Source of the DNA: Pristiophorus japonicus
Taxonomy: Eukaryota
Direction: 5' to 3'
Length of the DNA stretch: 64,000 bases
Assembly: GCF_044704955.1 (NCBI RefSeq)
Contig: NC_091992.1
Coordinates: 29,264,001 to 29,328,000 of the forward strand
Within the stretch, counting starts at the first letter, position 1, and the number at the start of each line of letters is the position of its first letter. Position numbers and translations under genes: made by a program. Positions 52,034-63,903 of the stretch are shown one piece after another. Below the pieces are notes generated by a model. The model saw only the letters and a program-made list of their open reading frames with translations. It did not search any database and was not told the origin of the DNA.

Positions 52034-54940
52034 ATGAGGAAAAGTGTAGGGCAGAGAAACCCAAGGCAAAGAACAAAAAGGGCCACTGTACAGCAAAATT
52101 CTAAAAGGACAAAGGGTGTTAATAAAACAAGCCTGAAGGCTTTGTGTCTTAATGCAAGGAGTATCCGCAATAAGGTGGATGAATTAATTGTGCAAATAGA
52201 TGTTAACAAATATGATGTGATTGGGATTACGGAGACGTGGCTCCAGGATGATCAGGGCTGGGAACTCAACATTCAGGGGTATTCAACATTCAGGAAGGAT
52301 AGAATAAAAGGAAAAGGAGGTGGGGTAGCATTGCTGGTTAAAGAGGAGATTAATGCAATAGTTAGGAAAGACATTAGCTTGGATGATGTGGAATCTATAT
52401 GGGTAGAGCTGCAGAACACCAAAGGGCAAAAAACGTTAGTAGGAGTTGTGTACAGACCTCCAAACAGTAATAGGGATGTTGGGGAGGGCATCAAACAGGA
52501 AATTAGGGGTGCATGCAATAAAGGTGTAGCAGTTATAATGGGTGACTTTAATATGCACATAGATTGGGCTAGCCAAACTGGAAGCAATACGGTGGAGGAG
52601 GATTTCCTGGAGTGCATAAGGGATGGTTTTCTAGACCAATATGTTGAGGAACCAACTAGGGGGGAGGCCATCTTGGACTGGGTGTTGTGTAATGAGAGAG
52701 GATTAATTAGCAATCTCATTGTGCGAGGCCCCTTGGGGAAGAGTGACCATAATATGGTGGAATTCTGCATTAGGATGGAGAATGAAACAGTAAATTCAGA
52801 GACCATGGTCCAGAACTTAAAGAAGGGTAACTTTGAAGGTATGAGGCGAGAATTGGCTAGGATAGATTGGCGAATGATACTTAGGGGGTTGACTGTGGAT
52901 GGGCAATGGCAGACATTTAGAGACCGCATGGATGAAGTACAACAATTGTACATTCCTGTCTGGCGTAAAAATAAAAAGGGGAAGGTGGCTCAACCGTGGC
53001 TATCTAGGGAAATCAGGGATAGTATTAAAGCCAAGGAAGTGGCATACAAATTGGCCAGAAATAGCAGCGAACCTGGGGACTGGGAGAAATTTAGAACTCA
53101 GCAGAGGAGGACAAAGGGTTTGATTAGGACAGGGAAAATGGAGTACGAGAAGAAGCTTGCAGGGAACATTAAGGCGGATTGCAAAAGTTTCTATAGGTAT
53201 GTAAAGAGAAAAAGGTTGGTGAAGACAAACGTAGGTCCCCTGCAGTCAGAATCAGGGGAAGTCATAACGGGGAACAAAGAAATGGCGGATCAATTGAACA
53301 AGTACTTTGGTTCGGTATTCACTAAGGAGGATACAAACAACCTTCCGGATATAAAAGGGGTCAGAGGGTCTAGTAAGGAAGAGGAACTGAGGGAAATCTT
53401 TATTAGTCGGGAAATTGTGTTGGGGAAATTGATGGGATTGAAGGCAGATAAATCCCCAGGGCCTGATGGCCTGCATCCTAGAGTACTTAAGGAGGTGGCC
53501 TTGGAAATAGCGGATGCATTGACAGTCATTTTCCAACATTCCATTGACTCTGGATCAGTTCCTATGGAGTGGAGGGTAGCCAATGTAACCCCACTTTTTA
53601 AAAAAGGAGGGAGAGAGAAAACAGGGAATTATAGACCGGTCAGCCTGACCTCAGTAGTGGGTAAAATGATGGAATCAATTATTAAGGATGTCATAGCAGA
53701 GCATCTGGAAAATGGTGACATGATAGGTCCAAGTCAGCATGGATTTGTGAAAGGGAAATCATGCTTGACAAATCTTCTGGAATTTTTTGAGGATGTTTCC
53801 AGTAAAGTGGACAAAGGAGAACCAGTTGATGTGGTATATTTGGACTTTCAGAAGGCTTTCGACAAGGTCCCACACAAGAGATTAATGTGCAAAGTTAAAG
53901 CACATGGGATTGGGGGTAGTGTGCTGACGTGGATTGAGAACTGGTTGTCAGACAGGAAGCAAAGAGTAGGAGTAAACGGGTACTTTTCAGAATGGCAGGC
54001 AGTGACTAGTGGAGTGCCGCAAGGTTCTGTGCTGGGGCCCCAGCTGTTTACATTGTACATTAATGATTTAGACGAGGGGATTAAATGCAGTATCTCCAAA
54101 TTTGCGGATGATACTAAGTTGGGTGGCAGTGTGAGCTGCGAGGAGGATGCTATTAGGCTGCAGAGTGACTTGGATAGGTTAGGTGAGTGGGCAAATGCAT
54201 GGCAGATGAAGTATAATGTGGATAAATGTGAGGTTATCCACTTTGGTGGTAAAAACAGAGAGACAGACTATTATCTGAATGGTGACAGATTAGGAAAAGG
54301 GAAGGTGCAACGAGACCTGGGTGTCATGGTACATCAGTCATTGAAGGTTGGCATGCAGGTACAGCAGGCGGTTAAGAAAGCAAATGGCATGTTGGCCTTC
54401 ATAGCGAGGGGATTTGAATACAGGGGCAGGGAGGTGTTGCTACAGTTGTACAGGGCCTTGGTGAGGCCACACCTGGAGTATTGTGTACAGTTTTGGTCTC
54501 CTAACTTGAGGAAGGACATTCTTGCTATTGAGGGAGTGCAGCGAAGGTTCACCAGACTGATTCCCGGGATGGCGGGACTGACCTATCAAGAAAGATTGGA
54601 TCAATTGGGCTTGTATTCACTGGAGTTCAGAAGAATGAGAGGGGACCTCATAGAAACGTTTAAAATTCTGACGGGTTTAGACAGGTTAGATGCAGAAAGA
54701 ATGTTCCCAATGTTGGGGAAGTCCAGAACCAGGGGTCACAGTCTGAGGATAAGGGGTAAGCCATTTAGGACCGAGATGAGGAGAAACTTCTTCACCCAGA
54801 GAGTGGTGAACCTGTGGAATTCTCTACCACAGAAAGTAGTTGAGGCCAATTCACTAAATATATTCAAAAGGGAGTTAGATGAAGTCCTTACTACTCGGGG
54901 GATCAAGGGTTATGGCGAGAAAGCAGGAAGGGGGTACTGA
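52034..54940 (+). CDS. CR1 ORF2p: APE endonuclease plus reverse transcriptase
   Basis: CLNARS, GITETW, GDFN, SDH, KSPGPDG, YRPVSLTS, QGSVLGP and FADD motifs; 968 aa open. Confidence 0.96.
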   Translation: MRKSVGQRNPRQRTKRATVQQNSKRTKGVNKTSLKALCLNARSIRNKVDELIVQIDVNKYDVIGITETWLQDDQGWELNIQGYSTFRKDRIKGKGGGVALLVKEEINAIVRKDISLDDVESIWVELQNTKGQKTLVGVVYRPPNSNRDVGEGIKQEIRGACNKGVAVIMGDFNMHIDWASQTGSNTVEEDFLECIRDGFLDQYVEEPTRGEAILDWVLCNERGLISNLIVRGPLGKSDHNMVEFCIRMENETVNSETMVQNLKKGNFEGMRRELARIDWRMILRGLTVDGQWQTFRDRMDEVQQLYIPVWRKNKKGKVAQPWLSREIRDSIKAKEVAYKLARNSSEPGDWEKFRTQQRRTKGLIRTGKMEYEKKLAGNIKADCKSFYRYVKRKRLVKTNVGPLQSESGEVITGNKEMADQLNKYFGSVFTKEDTNNLPDIKGVRGSSKEEELREIFISREIVLGKLMGLKADKSPGPDGLHPRVLKEVALEIADALTVIFQHSIDSGSVPMEWRVANVTPLFKKGGREKTGNYRPVSLTSVVGKMMESIIKDVIAEHLENGDMIGPSQHGFVKGKSCLTNLLEFFEDVSSKVDKGEPVDVVYLDFQKAFDKVPHKRLMCKVKAHGIGGSVLTWIENWLSDRKQRVGVNGYFSEWQAVTSGVPQGSVLGPQLFTLYINDLDEGIKCSISKFADDTKLGGSVSCEEDAIRLQSDLDRLGEWANAWQMKYNVDKCEVIHFGGKNRETDYYLNGDRLGKGKVQRDLGVMVHQSLKVGMQVQQAVKKANGMLAFIARGFEYRGREVLLQLYRALVRPHLEYCVQFWSPNLRKDILAIEGVQRRFTRLIPGMAGLTYQERLDQLGLYSLEFRRMRGDLIETFKILTGLDRLDAERMFPMLGKSRTRGHSLRIRGKPFRTEMRRNFFTQRVVNLWNSLPQKVVEANSLNIFKRELDEVLTTRGIKGYGEKAGRGY

Positions 54941-56321
54941 AGTTTCATGTTCAGCCATGAACTCATTGAATGGCGGTGCAGGCTAGAAGGGCTGAATGGC
55001 CTGCTCCTGCACCTATTTTCTATGTTTCTATGTTTCTATCTTTTAGTGCAGCAGGTGAAGGAGAAGGCAGCAGCCTGGAAAAGAGAAGGTTTCAGAGGCT
55101 TGCAACTTACAAAAGAAGCCACCTCAGGTAGCACATCAGCCATGAAGATGTGTCCGCTATCAGGGCATGGTGGAAGAGCAGAGAGCTATCAGCACGGCAT
55201 TACTACTGTCAGTGGAGGTCACCACTGCTCTCAACCTTTATGCCAGATAGTCCTTCCATGCAATCCGGGGGACATCAGAGGAGTTAGATGCTCTTTGGTG
55301 CACCACTTAATTGGGAAAGTAATTGATGCCTTGTTTATCCACACGCCACATCCATATACCTCAGCATCAACCAACTGCTGTAGTAACAGAGTTTTTCAAA
55401 ATTGGTGGCTTCCCTAAGATATAGAAATCACTGATTATATGTATATAGCCATTCACATGACAAGCCTAAAACATACCTCAATAGCAAAGGCTGTTATTCC
55501 ATACCCTTGCTTTTGGGTGTACATATGGGCCTAAATACAATGAGCACACACCAGTGATGAGGAACTTTATCTCCAGCCAATGCCAATTGGAAAACTCTGA
55601 GCAAAGTACCAGGAATTTCCAATATGTGCTGGTGGCAGTGGCCAGTGCTTGGACATGTAACCCACTGAGTCAATGTATATGGGGTGGTGTAAGAACATGT
55701 GTGGAAGTGAGACCTTAGTCCAGGAAAGAGAACGATAATTGAGTTATTACTTAACATAAAATAGTACAACCTCATTTAATAATACAGATACATTTGAAGC
55801 TTTTATCACATATTTATGTCTGAATTTACAGGACTATTTTTTTTATTCGTTCCGCGATATGGGTGTCGCTGGCAAGGCCGGCATTTATTGCCCATCCCTA
55901 ATTATTAATAAAATATAAGAAAAATCTCTGCTTATCCATCATTTGATAAAATGTAAGCTTATGTCTTACGCTTAAACCCGAACAAGGTCTTTCACATACA
56001 CTTAAATATTACAAATGCTCAGAGCCACTGCCCCTCCTCTATGCCCCCCCCCCCCCAACCACCAACATCCTCTTGGCAAGCCTTTGAAAAAAAGCGTCTA
56101 AGTACTTTTCACACCTTTTTAAAATGACTTCACTTCCTGCTGTTTTGTGTTGGAGAAATTCCCTTTCCTCACCTTCCTTATGTTCGAGCTAATTCTTCCC
56201 CACACAATCTGGCAGAATGTCACAGTTACTTCCACGTGTGGAAACCAATTGAGCTATCAGAGCCCAAAATCAACATAGCTAATTGTTAAGGACGTTGTTA
56301 ACATTTTTCTGCCCTTCACAG

Positions 56322-56444
56322 ATGCTGGCAACTTGCAGAAGGTGAAGTGTCGGTGGGTGACGGGAATTAACGCGGGCGGATGCAGAAATAATATGATGAA
56401 ATATAGCTGCAACCCTCAGTATCCCATCACTATCACTGAAACAG
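56322..56444 (+). CDS. Calpain exon 10, start of CBSW/domain III (RWVTGINAGGCRNN...NPQYPITI)
   Basis: W..G..AGGCRN....NPQY motif; cacag acceptor and G|gtgaga donor. Confidence 0.94.
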
Positions 56445-57278
56445 GTGAGAAAGAACTCCTGTGTAAACCTCTCATTTCCCCAAATAAAAGGAAGTTGTAG
56501 ATGTACCTCCCAGATGTTCCATTACTGTCACCTCCTTTTGAGCTCCTCTAATCAAGTGAAAAAATCTTCAAACAGTCAATGGATAGACAGGATTAACGTT
56601 TAGATGAAATAGATTAAATTATAACAGAAAGAAAAGGAAAAATAATCCATTGTGTTGTGGTGGGGGGGGCTGGCGGTAGAAATGACAATAAACAGTGCTA
56701 GAGCTTTGCCTTGCTGGATCTTGACTACATGTAGCAGCCAAACAGAAGAAGACCTTAGCCAGTGAGCTTGGGGTGGGGAACTAGTATGAACCATAAAGGG
56801 GAAACTAGAGAAGTAGATGAGGGACAATAAGAGAGCTTTGAACAATAAAGCAGTCAAGGGTTATGGGGAGTGGGCAGGGAAGTGGAGTTGAGGCCAAGAT
56901 CAGATCAACCATGATCTTACTGAATGGCGGAGCAGGGTCGAGAGACCAAATGGCCTACTCCTGCTCCTATTTCTTATGTTCTTATAAGGAAACTGCAGGT
57001 GTGAACATGTCCTTCCACACTGCAGTGTAGTAAAGCTGTATGTTAACACAAACCAGTCCACCTTCAATGTGACTGTGCCTTTGAACAGTACCTTTGCCGA
57101 TAATGCTTTTATTTTTCATTATGCTGAAAAATATCCATTTATCTTGTTGTCCCAATTGCTTTCTCATTACTGTGAAATGTGCATGGTTTCCTCAGCCGTT
57201 CTAACAACATCTGTTCTGTTAACTGAACAGAAATGCTAACAGACTATTTCTAGGCATGTGTTGTCTGTCACTCCATAG

Positions 57279-57412
57279 ATGTTCTTTCAAACAGTGAGGA
57301 AGACCATGACGATGGGGCATGCTCTGTCCTGATATGTTTAATTCAGAACTATCGAAGGATGGACAGGAAGCTTGGAATGTCAATGAATCCTATTGGGATA
57401 CAGATCTACAAA
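57279..57412 (+). CDS. Calpain exon 11 (acidic loop, CSVLICLIQNYRR...IGIQIYK)
   Basis: Domain III C...I.L.Q..RR.....IG..IY motif; ccatag acceptor and AAA|gtaagt donor. Confidence 0.9.
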
Positions 57413-57450
57413 GTAAGTTGAGAATTTATGTAATTTTCTGGCAAGAAGGT

Positions 57451-57743
57451 TGTAATGTATTTGCTTCATGGGTTCTTTGCTTAAGAATTCATAGCAACAC
57501 ATTGCTATTAAGAACTAGTTGGTTTATTAACAAAGGTTTAACACTGCACATTACCAGTTCATCCACCAGGCTCACATTAACCTGCCTCATTGTGGATCCC
57601 CCAAACCCAACTGGCAGGGATTTTATTGAGTCTTGTGAACATCACATGACTGGCTAAGCCACTCCCAACTCAACAGCTCTACAACTCTTTTTGTTCAACA
57701 GCTCTACACGCTTGTGAACATACTCACAGGTGCATACATTATA
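57451..57743. mobile_element. Solo LTR (same family as 21672-21946)
   Basis: Colinear homology with 21672-21946; starts tgtaatgtat and ends atacattata. Confidence 0.75.
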
Positions 57744-57888
57744 GAAGCCACATTTCTTTGCAAGCAAATCTAGTCAGCAGCGATTCCTTAATAAAAAGAG
57801 AAAATGCTGGAAATACTCAGGTCAGGCAGCAACTGTGGAGAGAGAAACAGAGATAACAATTCAGGTCAATAGCCCTTTGTTCAGATCT

Positions 57889-57962
57889 GGTGCTGTGGCT
57901 TAGTTGGTTAAAGCGCCTGTCTAGTAAACAGGAGATCCTGAGTTCAAATCTCAGCAGTGCCT
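57889..57962 (+). tRNA. tRNA-Thr (anticodon AGT), intronic
   Basis: GGTGCTGTGGCTTAGTTGGTTAAAGCGCCTGTCTAGTAAACAGGAGATCCTGAGTTCAAATCTCAGCAGTGCCT folds as a cloverleaf; A and B boxes present; T4 run at 57974-57977. Confidence 0.88.
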
Positions 57963-58615
57963 TAATTCCCATATTTTAATGGAATTCTCTCTCCATCCCA
58001 CACAATTCTCTTGGCACACTGATGCAAAGCTTGCACAGAAGTTCTGAAATACGTATTACAGCAACAATTCCTTGTTCAGGTGACTTACTTGATCGAGGAA
58101 AAAAAACAATAAATTAAGTTTAAAAGATATTTTCCTCTCCAATTCCTCCCCCCAAAAAGGAACTTCCACCTATATAGCACCCAATGCCTCTCAGGACATC
58201 CAAAAATTCTTCACCTCCAATGAACTATTTGAAGTGGATTACTATTATGAAGGTAAATGTGGGACTGAAGGCATTGACTCTTGCTGGCTACTGTTCCATC
58301 AATGCCAGCCACCCTATAGTTCCTCAACCATGATTGAGCCTGTGCAATGAGGGCCATCAGGCTATTCAGCTGTGGAGGGGCATCACAGTTGATGAGCTGT
58401 CAACAGAGACCGAGAATCAAATCTGGCCAAACCTTCTAAGGAGTGTCCTGATTTTCTCATTCTACTTTATAACAATAAAAACATCTTTCTGATGGTCTGT
58501 GATAAAACTTTGCGAGATATATAATGAGTTTTGTGATGTCCGCAGTGTCCAATACAAAGAAAAAAAAATCTTAAGCTGAACCGGAATTAAGTTATTTCCT
58601 TTCTCTTTCTGACAG

Positions 58616-58861
58616 TCTTTCGACCCAGAGAAGGCTCTAACTGCAGAGCATTTTACACTTCATGCAGAGGTTTTGGATTCAGGACCCTATGTAGCCCAGA
58701 GAAGCATAAACCTCCGTAGTAAACTTGCACCAGGACACTATGTAATCATTCCAAGTACCTTTGCGCCAGACACTGAAGGAGCATTTATGCTACGCATATT
58801 CACTGACGCTGCAATTCAGTTTCATGAGGGATTCAACCTTGAAGCAGAAGGAATGGACTGA
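58616..58861 (+). CDS. Calpain exon 12, terminal (LAPGHYVIIPSTFAPDTEGAFMLRIFTD...GMD*)
   Basis: L.PG.Y.I.PSTF.P..EG.F.LR.F motif; gacag acceptor; TGA at 58859-58861. The 12 exons sum to 1767 bp (588 aa plus stop). Confidence 0.92.
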   Translation, partial: SFDPEKALTAEHFTLHAEVLDSGPYVAQRSINLRSKLAPGHYVIIPSTFAPDTEGAFMLRIFTDAAIQFHEGFNLEAEGMD

Positions 58862-61249
58862 GCTTCCATGGCAGCTGAGGTTTGGCCAGCACTGTACAAA
58901 CAGGAAGAGAAAGAAAAGATTCTACTGATGCGTGATCTGGCCAACACAGGGACTCCAACAGTCTCATGCATGTATCTGGTACAACTATATACAGGGGTTG
59001 AACAGTCTTATGCATGTGTCAGCTACAACTGTACACAGAGGTACAAACAACAGGATGATATACATCATTAATAGAAGCCTTAACTTTTGCATTTGGTTTT
59101 CACCCATCTCACAGGCTCTTACCTACCAAGAATTCAATTTGACCGTTATATAAAAGCTGCAGTTAAGCTGCCTATAGGTCAACTCTGCCCCTTATAAACA
59201 CCGATTCAAGTACTATTTCCTAATTGGTTCTTTGGTGAGGACCTGTTTCTTAAAAAAAGTTGTCATTTTTAAGTTATGATCCTGATTAGAATCCGAGACC
59301 AGTTATTTGAACCTGTGGGTCTATCGCATTACTGCAATTATAATCTGTGGTGCGGAAAATTGCTAACAATATTGCCTCTTACGTCACCCTGCAACAGCAT
59401 TGTAGCAAGAAATTATTTAATAATATACCCTTCAGGTTGGCAGTTTTTGTGTATCGTAAATTCAAAATGACTAACCAGTGATCCTCGGGTTTTCTGTTTG
59501 ATTTAGAAATGGAAAATTATTAATCTCTATTTAGTTCAGGCTTTTGCTATCCATCTGATTAGCTCATTCGGTCCAATTTGCAGTCTAGCCATCTAGATTG
59601 GCTTATGAGAATCATGTGACCCATTATTTTAGAACTATGATTGATCCATTCGAACATCATCATGGATCAACTCTGCTGTACCTCTCTGCAGCCAATCACT
59701 ATGGGGCTCCTGGCCCCGAGCACTCACCACTTGCACAGGTTCATCCCTGGGATGCACTCTGGCCTCCACAGTGTCAACCTGCAGACTCCACCCACAACGA
59801 CCTCCTCTTCACCCCACCCCAACACCACCAGATCTCGACCCACTGGGTTTTCTGCTTTCGCAATGTTAGTGCCTGGCATCGCAGCATCAGAATCCCTCCT
59901 TCCTCACACTTCCACAATGAACGGGTGCTTTCCATTCAGCAAAAGCTCATAGACTTTGGACAGCTGCTAACATCAAAGCAAATAATCAGGTTCCTGCCAA
60001 AATACCCTGCTTCTTCAAAATACCCAGGACTAAAGTCCAGGGCCCTCTCAGCATTCCGCTCTACACTAGTCCTAGCCACCTTTTCGCAGGCTTGAATGGC
60101 CAACTTCATCCATGCAGCTCGCCTCGTGTCCAGCTCTAGGCTGCCATCTTCTCACTTCCTTTCACCTCAATTTCAGCACTGCCTTCAGTTTCTTTCCTCC
60201 AGCACTTGATCTTCACCTGCCAGCCTAGACTCCAGGCCTCAGCCTCCATCTTGCTATCGGTGTTTTTCAGAAGGCCTTTAAGCTCAGTCCTGGAATTGGA
60301 TGCCATCCCTCTTGTTCCAAGACCGCAACAGAAGGCCTCTCATTTGGTGCTGTGACAGTAGGTTAAAAAGTCTTCATTACTGAGGTTACAGAATACCACA
60401 ATATGCCCAAATCCACTTAAAGTCACAGACATTGTGCTTGTAGAGATAGTACTCCCCCGTCCCAAGTCCTTTAAGTCGTGCTACAGGAGATACACTACTT
60501 ATTACATTTTGCATTACTTATTGTTTAAATAATAATGTTTCAATGTCTAAGAATTTAACCCCAATAGAAGAAAATTTATATACCATTAAAACATTCAGGC
60601 AAAGCTTCATAAAAAGGCTAACTTCTAAAAGCCCTGGAGTTGGAATAATACAGGTGGGTGTGAGGACAACTCTTTTCTATCAATTTAACTTGATTTATCT
60701 GACCTGAAATTCACAAACGACCAAAGCCTTGTGATGGTTTTGTTTGTTAAAAGTAGCAATTAAACATTCAACTGAATTGCAAAAAAAACATTTTTATAGT
60801 CATGTCAATAAAGTTGGAATTTGGTTTGCGATTGTGATGTCCCTGCCTTCATTCTAATTGCATTCCTGGTACCCGAGTCATTAAGATTGAGCTTTGATTA
60901 AAATGAACATATTTTACAGCTTGACAAAACAAACGGGTAATAAAACATGTGTATTACATAGTCTGGTACTGAATGATGCAAGTTTTTATTTACTTTGCTG
61001 GAGAAAATTATTCAAGTGCCTGGCAGCTGTTTGTGATCGCGAGTCCCCAGAAGTGAATTCCACAATGGATGCCCAAGGCTGAAGTGCAATTACTCACAGT
61101 CTATATTGTCTTCATCAGGCTGCCTCTGGGAATTGTGCAAAGATGTTACAGATTGGAGCTCAACATGAAGGAAGAATGCTGAGGCAATAGAGGGTACAGC
61201 ACAGATTTAGTCGAGTTACGAGACAATACAATACAAATAAACATTTTTC

Positions 61250-61645
61250 ATTAGAACAGAGGAGATAAGACTGATTTGATAAAGGTGTTTAAATTCTGAA
61301 AGAATGGGACATAGTAAATAGAAAAACTGTTTCCAGTGGCCGAGGGGCCTAGAACGAAGTGGCATAGATACAAGAGTAAATGGACGAGATTTAGAACAGA
61401 GCAGGAAAAGGGTTTTTTTGCGCAGTGGATTATGTGGCTGACAAAATGCATTACTGGAATTAGTTATTTAAGCAGAGACCATGTCAACTTTTAAGAATAG
61501 GTTAGATGGATGGTTGAAGAAAAGGGGGGGTGGTGGGGATAAAGGATATGGGAACAGGGAAAGCACATGGGATTAAGACTATTGCGTATGTGGAGGATAA
61601 ACATGGACACCGACCGGCTGAGTCAAACAAGCTGTTTCTATGTAA
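61250..61645 (+). mobile_element. Old CR1 3' fragment
   Basis: Decayed LEQRR.R.DLIKVFKIL-like sequence and CR1-type 3' end. Confidence 0.6.
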
Positions 61646-61965
61646 TTCAATGCAATCACGAAGAAGGTCCCTCACACCTTGCAAACTATTTCTTTTTCCC
61701 TTCCCCCACTTTAATTTCAGCCTGAAATATGCATTGGTTCCACTATGCTACAAACACCTAAACCTGAAACAGAATAGATTTTAATCCAGTTGATAGGATT
61801 TACACCCATTCCCAAAGTTTAGATCATCATATAATAGGAATCAGTCCTTGATCTCTCTGTAGCATTTTTAACCGATAAAGAGGCACCGTGACGTCGAAGA
61901 GAGAGAGATCCAACAAGATTTTCAGACTTGGTACGTTGAGAGAAAAAATCAGAATTGTACCCATT

Positions 61966-62509
61966 GGGCTGGATTTTCGCCCCGGAGCGACAAGAAATGG
62001 GGCGGCAAGGTCTTCTGCGTTGCGATCCTCTGGTCCCGTTTTGCGGCGGCACTTAGAAGCACTGCTGGGTGTGCAATGCCTCTGCTTGTGACACCGGCAA
62101 TAGTTTCGACGTGCACCCGACCCATACGCCCCGAAACGCGGCCCGCGATGACCGCCAGATGTCCAGCCCTGCCGGTGGTGGTGAGGTAGATAACCTGCGA
62201 TAAAGTTACGTTCCAGTGTTTAATCTTTTTTTTTTGTTCAATTTGTGTTGTGGTGGTGTAGGCAATGTTTTTTGAATGTTTTTGTGAATTTTGTTTCCCC
62301 CTCCCAAGGCTCCCGGCCCCGCACTTTAGTTGGCGAGGTTCCTATTTTTGTGCAGCGAAAGTTGTACAACGCCTCCCTTCGCGCTGCGCTCCTGGTGCAG
62401 GGCCCAGATTAAAACATTTCTCCACACAGCGCAGACATAACCCGGGTGGTAACTTTTCCGTCCCACCTCCGTTTTCGCCCCGAAAACGACAAAACTGAAA
62501 AACCAGCCC
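61966..62509. mobile_element. Harbinger-type MITE
   Basis: gggctggattttc ... gaaaaaccagccc TIRs. Confidence 0.7.
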
Positions 62510-63903
62510 ATATCTGAAAATGACCCTCAAATGATCAAATTTGATGTCAACAAGAAGAGTCAGGAGATACTCATCTGGTCTGACCAAAGTGACTTCCTGC
62601 CATATTAAAGGCGTGTTTTCATAATAAATACTTTCAAATTCATAGTCTCAAATTCTTTATAACAAATGATTCACATTTAATATTCTTCTCATTAAGTTCC
62701 ACACATTAGTCAATATTAGTCAAAATACCAAAAATTTAAAAAATCCTCAAATAACAGTCTCAGAATTGGTGACTCCCATTTTGTCACTAAATAAAGTATA
62801 TGAACATTTACCACAAATAAAATTATTTCTCATCAAAAGAAAAATCTGACAAAAATAATTACTCTATATAATGAAAGCTCGGAATTGTCTGAGCCTGAAT
62901 ACTGTTTAAAAAATTTTAAACAACTGAACAATTATATTGTAAAATATCAACAGTAAAAAATGAAAGGGATAGTGTTAACATAATTTCAAAAACAGTTTAG
63001 TTGTGCACTAGATACATGATAAACATATTACATATATATGAAGCTATGTACATTCAAGATGGAATTATGTTTTATATAGATATATATATCAATCTGTATC
63101 TTGTATCTGCTTAGTCTGTGTCCCACACTGAAACACCACTACCACAGGATGTCTGTATAGCTATTTAAACCGTGTCATCAGTTTATGTAAATGAAACAAC
63201 ACCCGATCAACCATTTATATAAATTAAGACATTTAGTAAATGAGCACTGTACTTTATTACAATATTCAAATGCTTCATTATTTCCAGAATACCTTTGATG
63301 TCTCACTCCCCAGTTCTTCATAATTCAAACAGAATCGTGTTGAATAAAGTCATTTTGGAGGCCTAGCTGAGCCACTGAGAATTGCAGGCATCTGAATTTA
63401 TAATTACCAAATTGTGTTTTCACAAAGCCAGTATGAAACTATCCTCTCGGGGAGTGTTTAGTGACATCACTGCAGAAGTTAAACAACATTGGCTGATAGC
63501 ATAACACTGGCACAATGTAGTTTGAAGCAAGTAGTGTAATATTATGGAATTTTCCTTTGTAGCACATTTAGCGACATTTGTTTGAAAGGACATTAAGGAA
63601 AAAACATTTTCGTTTTGCAAAACGATTGTATAATTTTCATTTTAAAATATAGACCAAAACATCATTAGTTACAAAAAAACCGACCTTTTAAAATATTAGG
63701 TACAGATTTCAAATATATATATATATATATATATGTATACAGTTTAGGACAGCAAGCTAGCTATAATTCCACATTAATTTAAGAGAACTTCGGTTCAATT
63801 CAAAGGAGCAAAAGTTCCCTCTTCTGCTCTTTGGTCATACATCCAAGCACCAGTATTGGGCTGGAACACCATTTCACATTTACTTTTCTTTTTCCTTCTT
63901 CCC

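Larger units (their letters stand above)
50075..55039 (+). mobile_element. Full-length CR1 LINE with intact ORF1 and ORF2
   Basis: 5' tandem array, ORF1, ORF2 and (ctatgttt)n tail; no stops or frameshifts in either ORF. Confidence 0.96.

Noticed and set aside
52273-52953. 226-aa antisense ORF (and similar ones at 26145, 10939, 27728, 53848)
   Set aside because: Shadow ORFs of CR1 ORF2; they recur only because the LINE copies are near-identical.
59598-60095. 165-aa ORF downstream of the calpain stop as a possible PEF/C2 exon
   Set aside because: No EF-hand or C2 motifs and no convincing splice context; it looks like decayed repeat or UTR.
63714-63738. (AT)n run
   Set aside because: Ordinary microsatellite in presumed 3' UTR.
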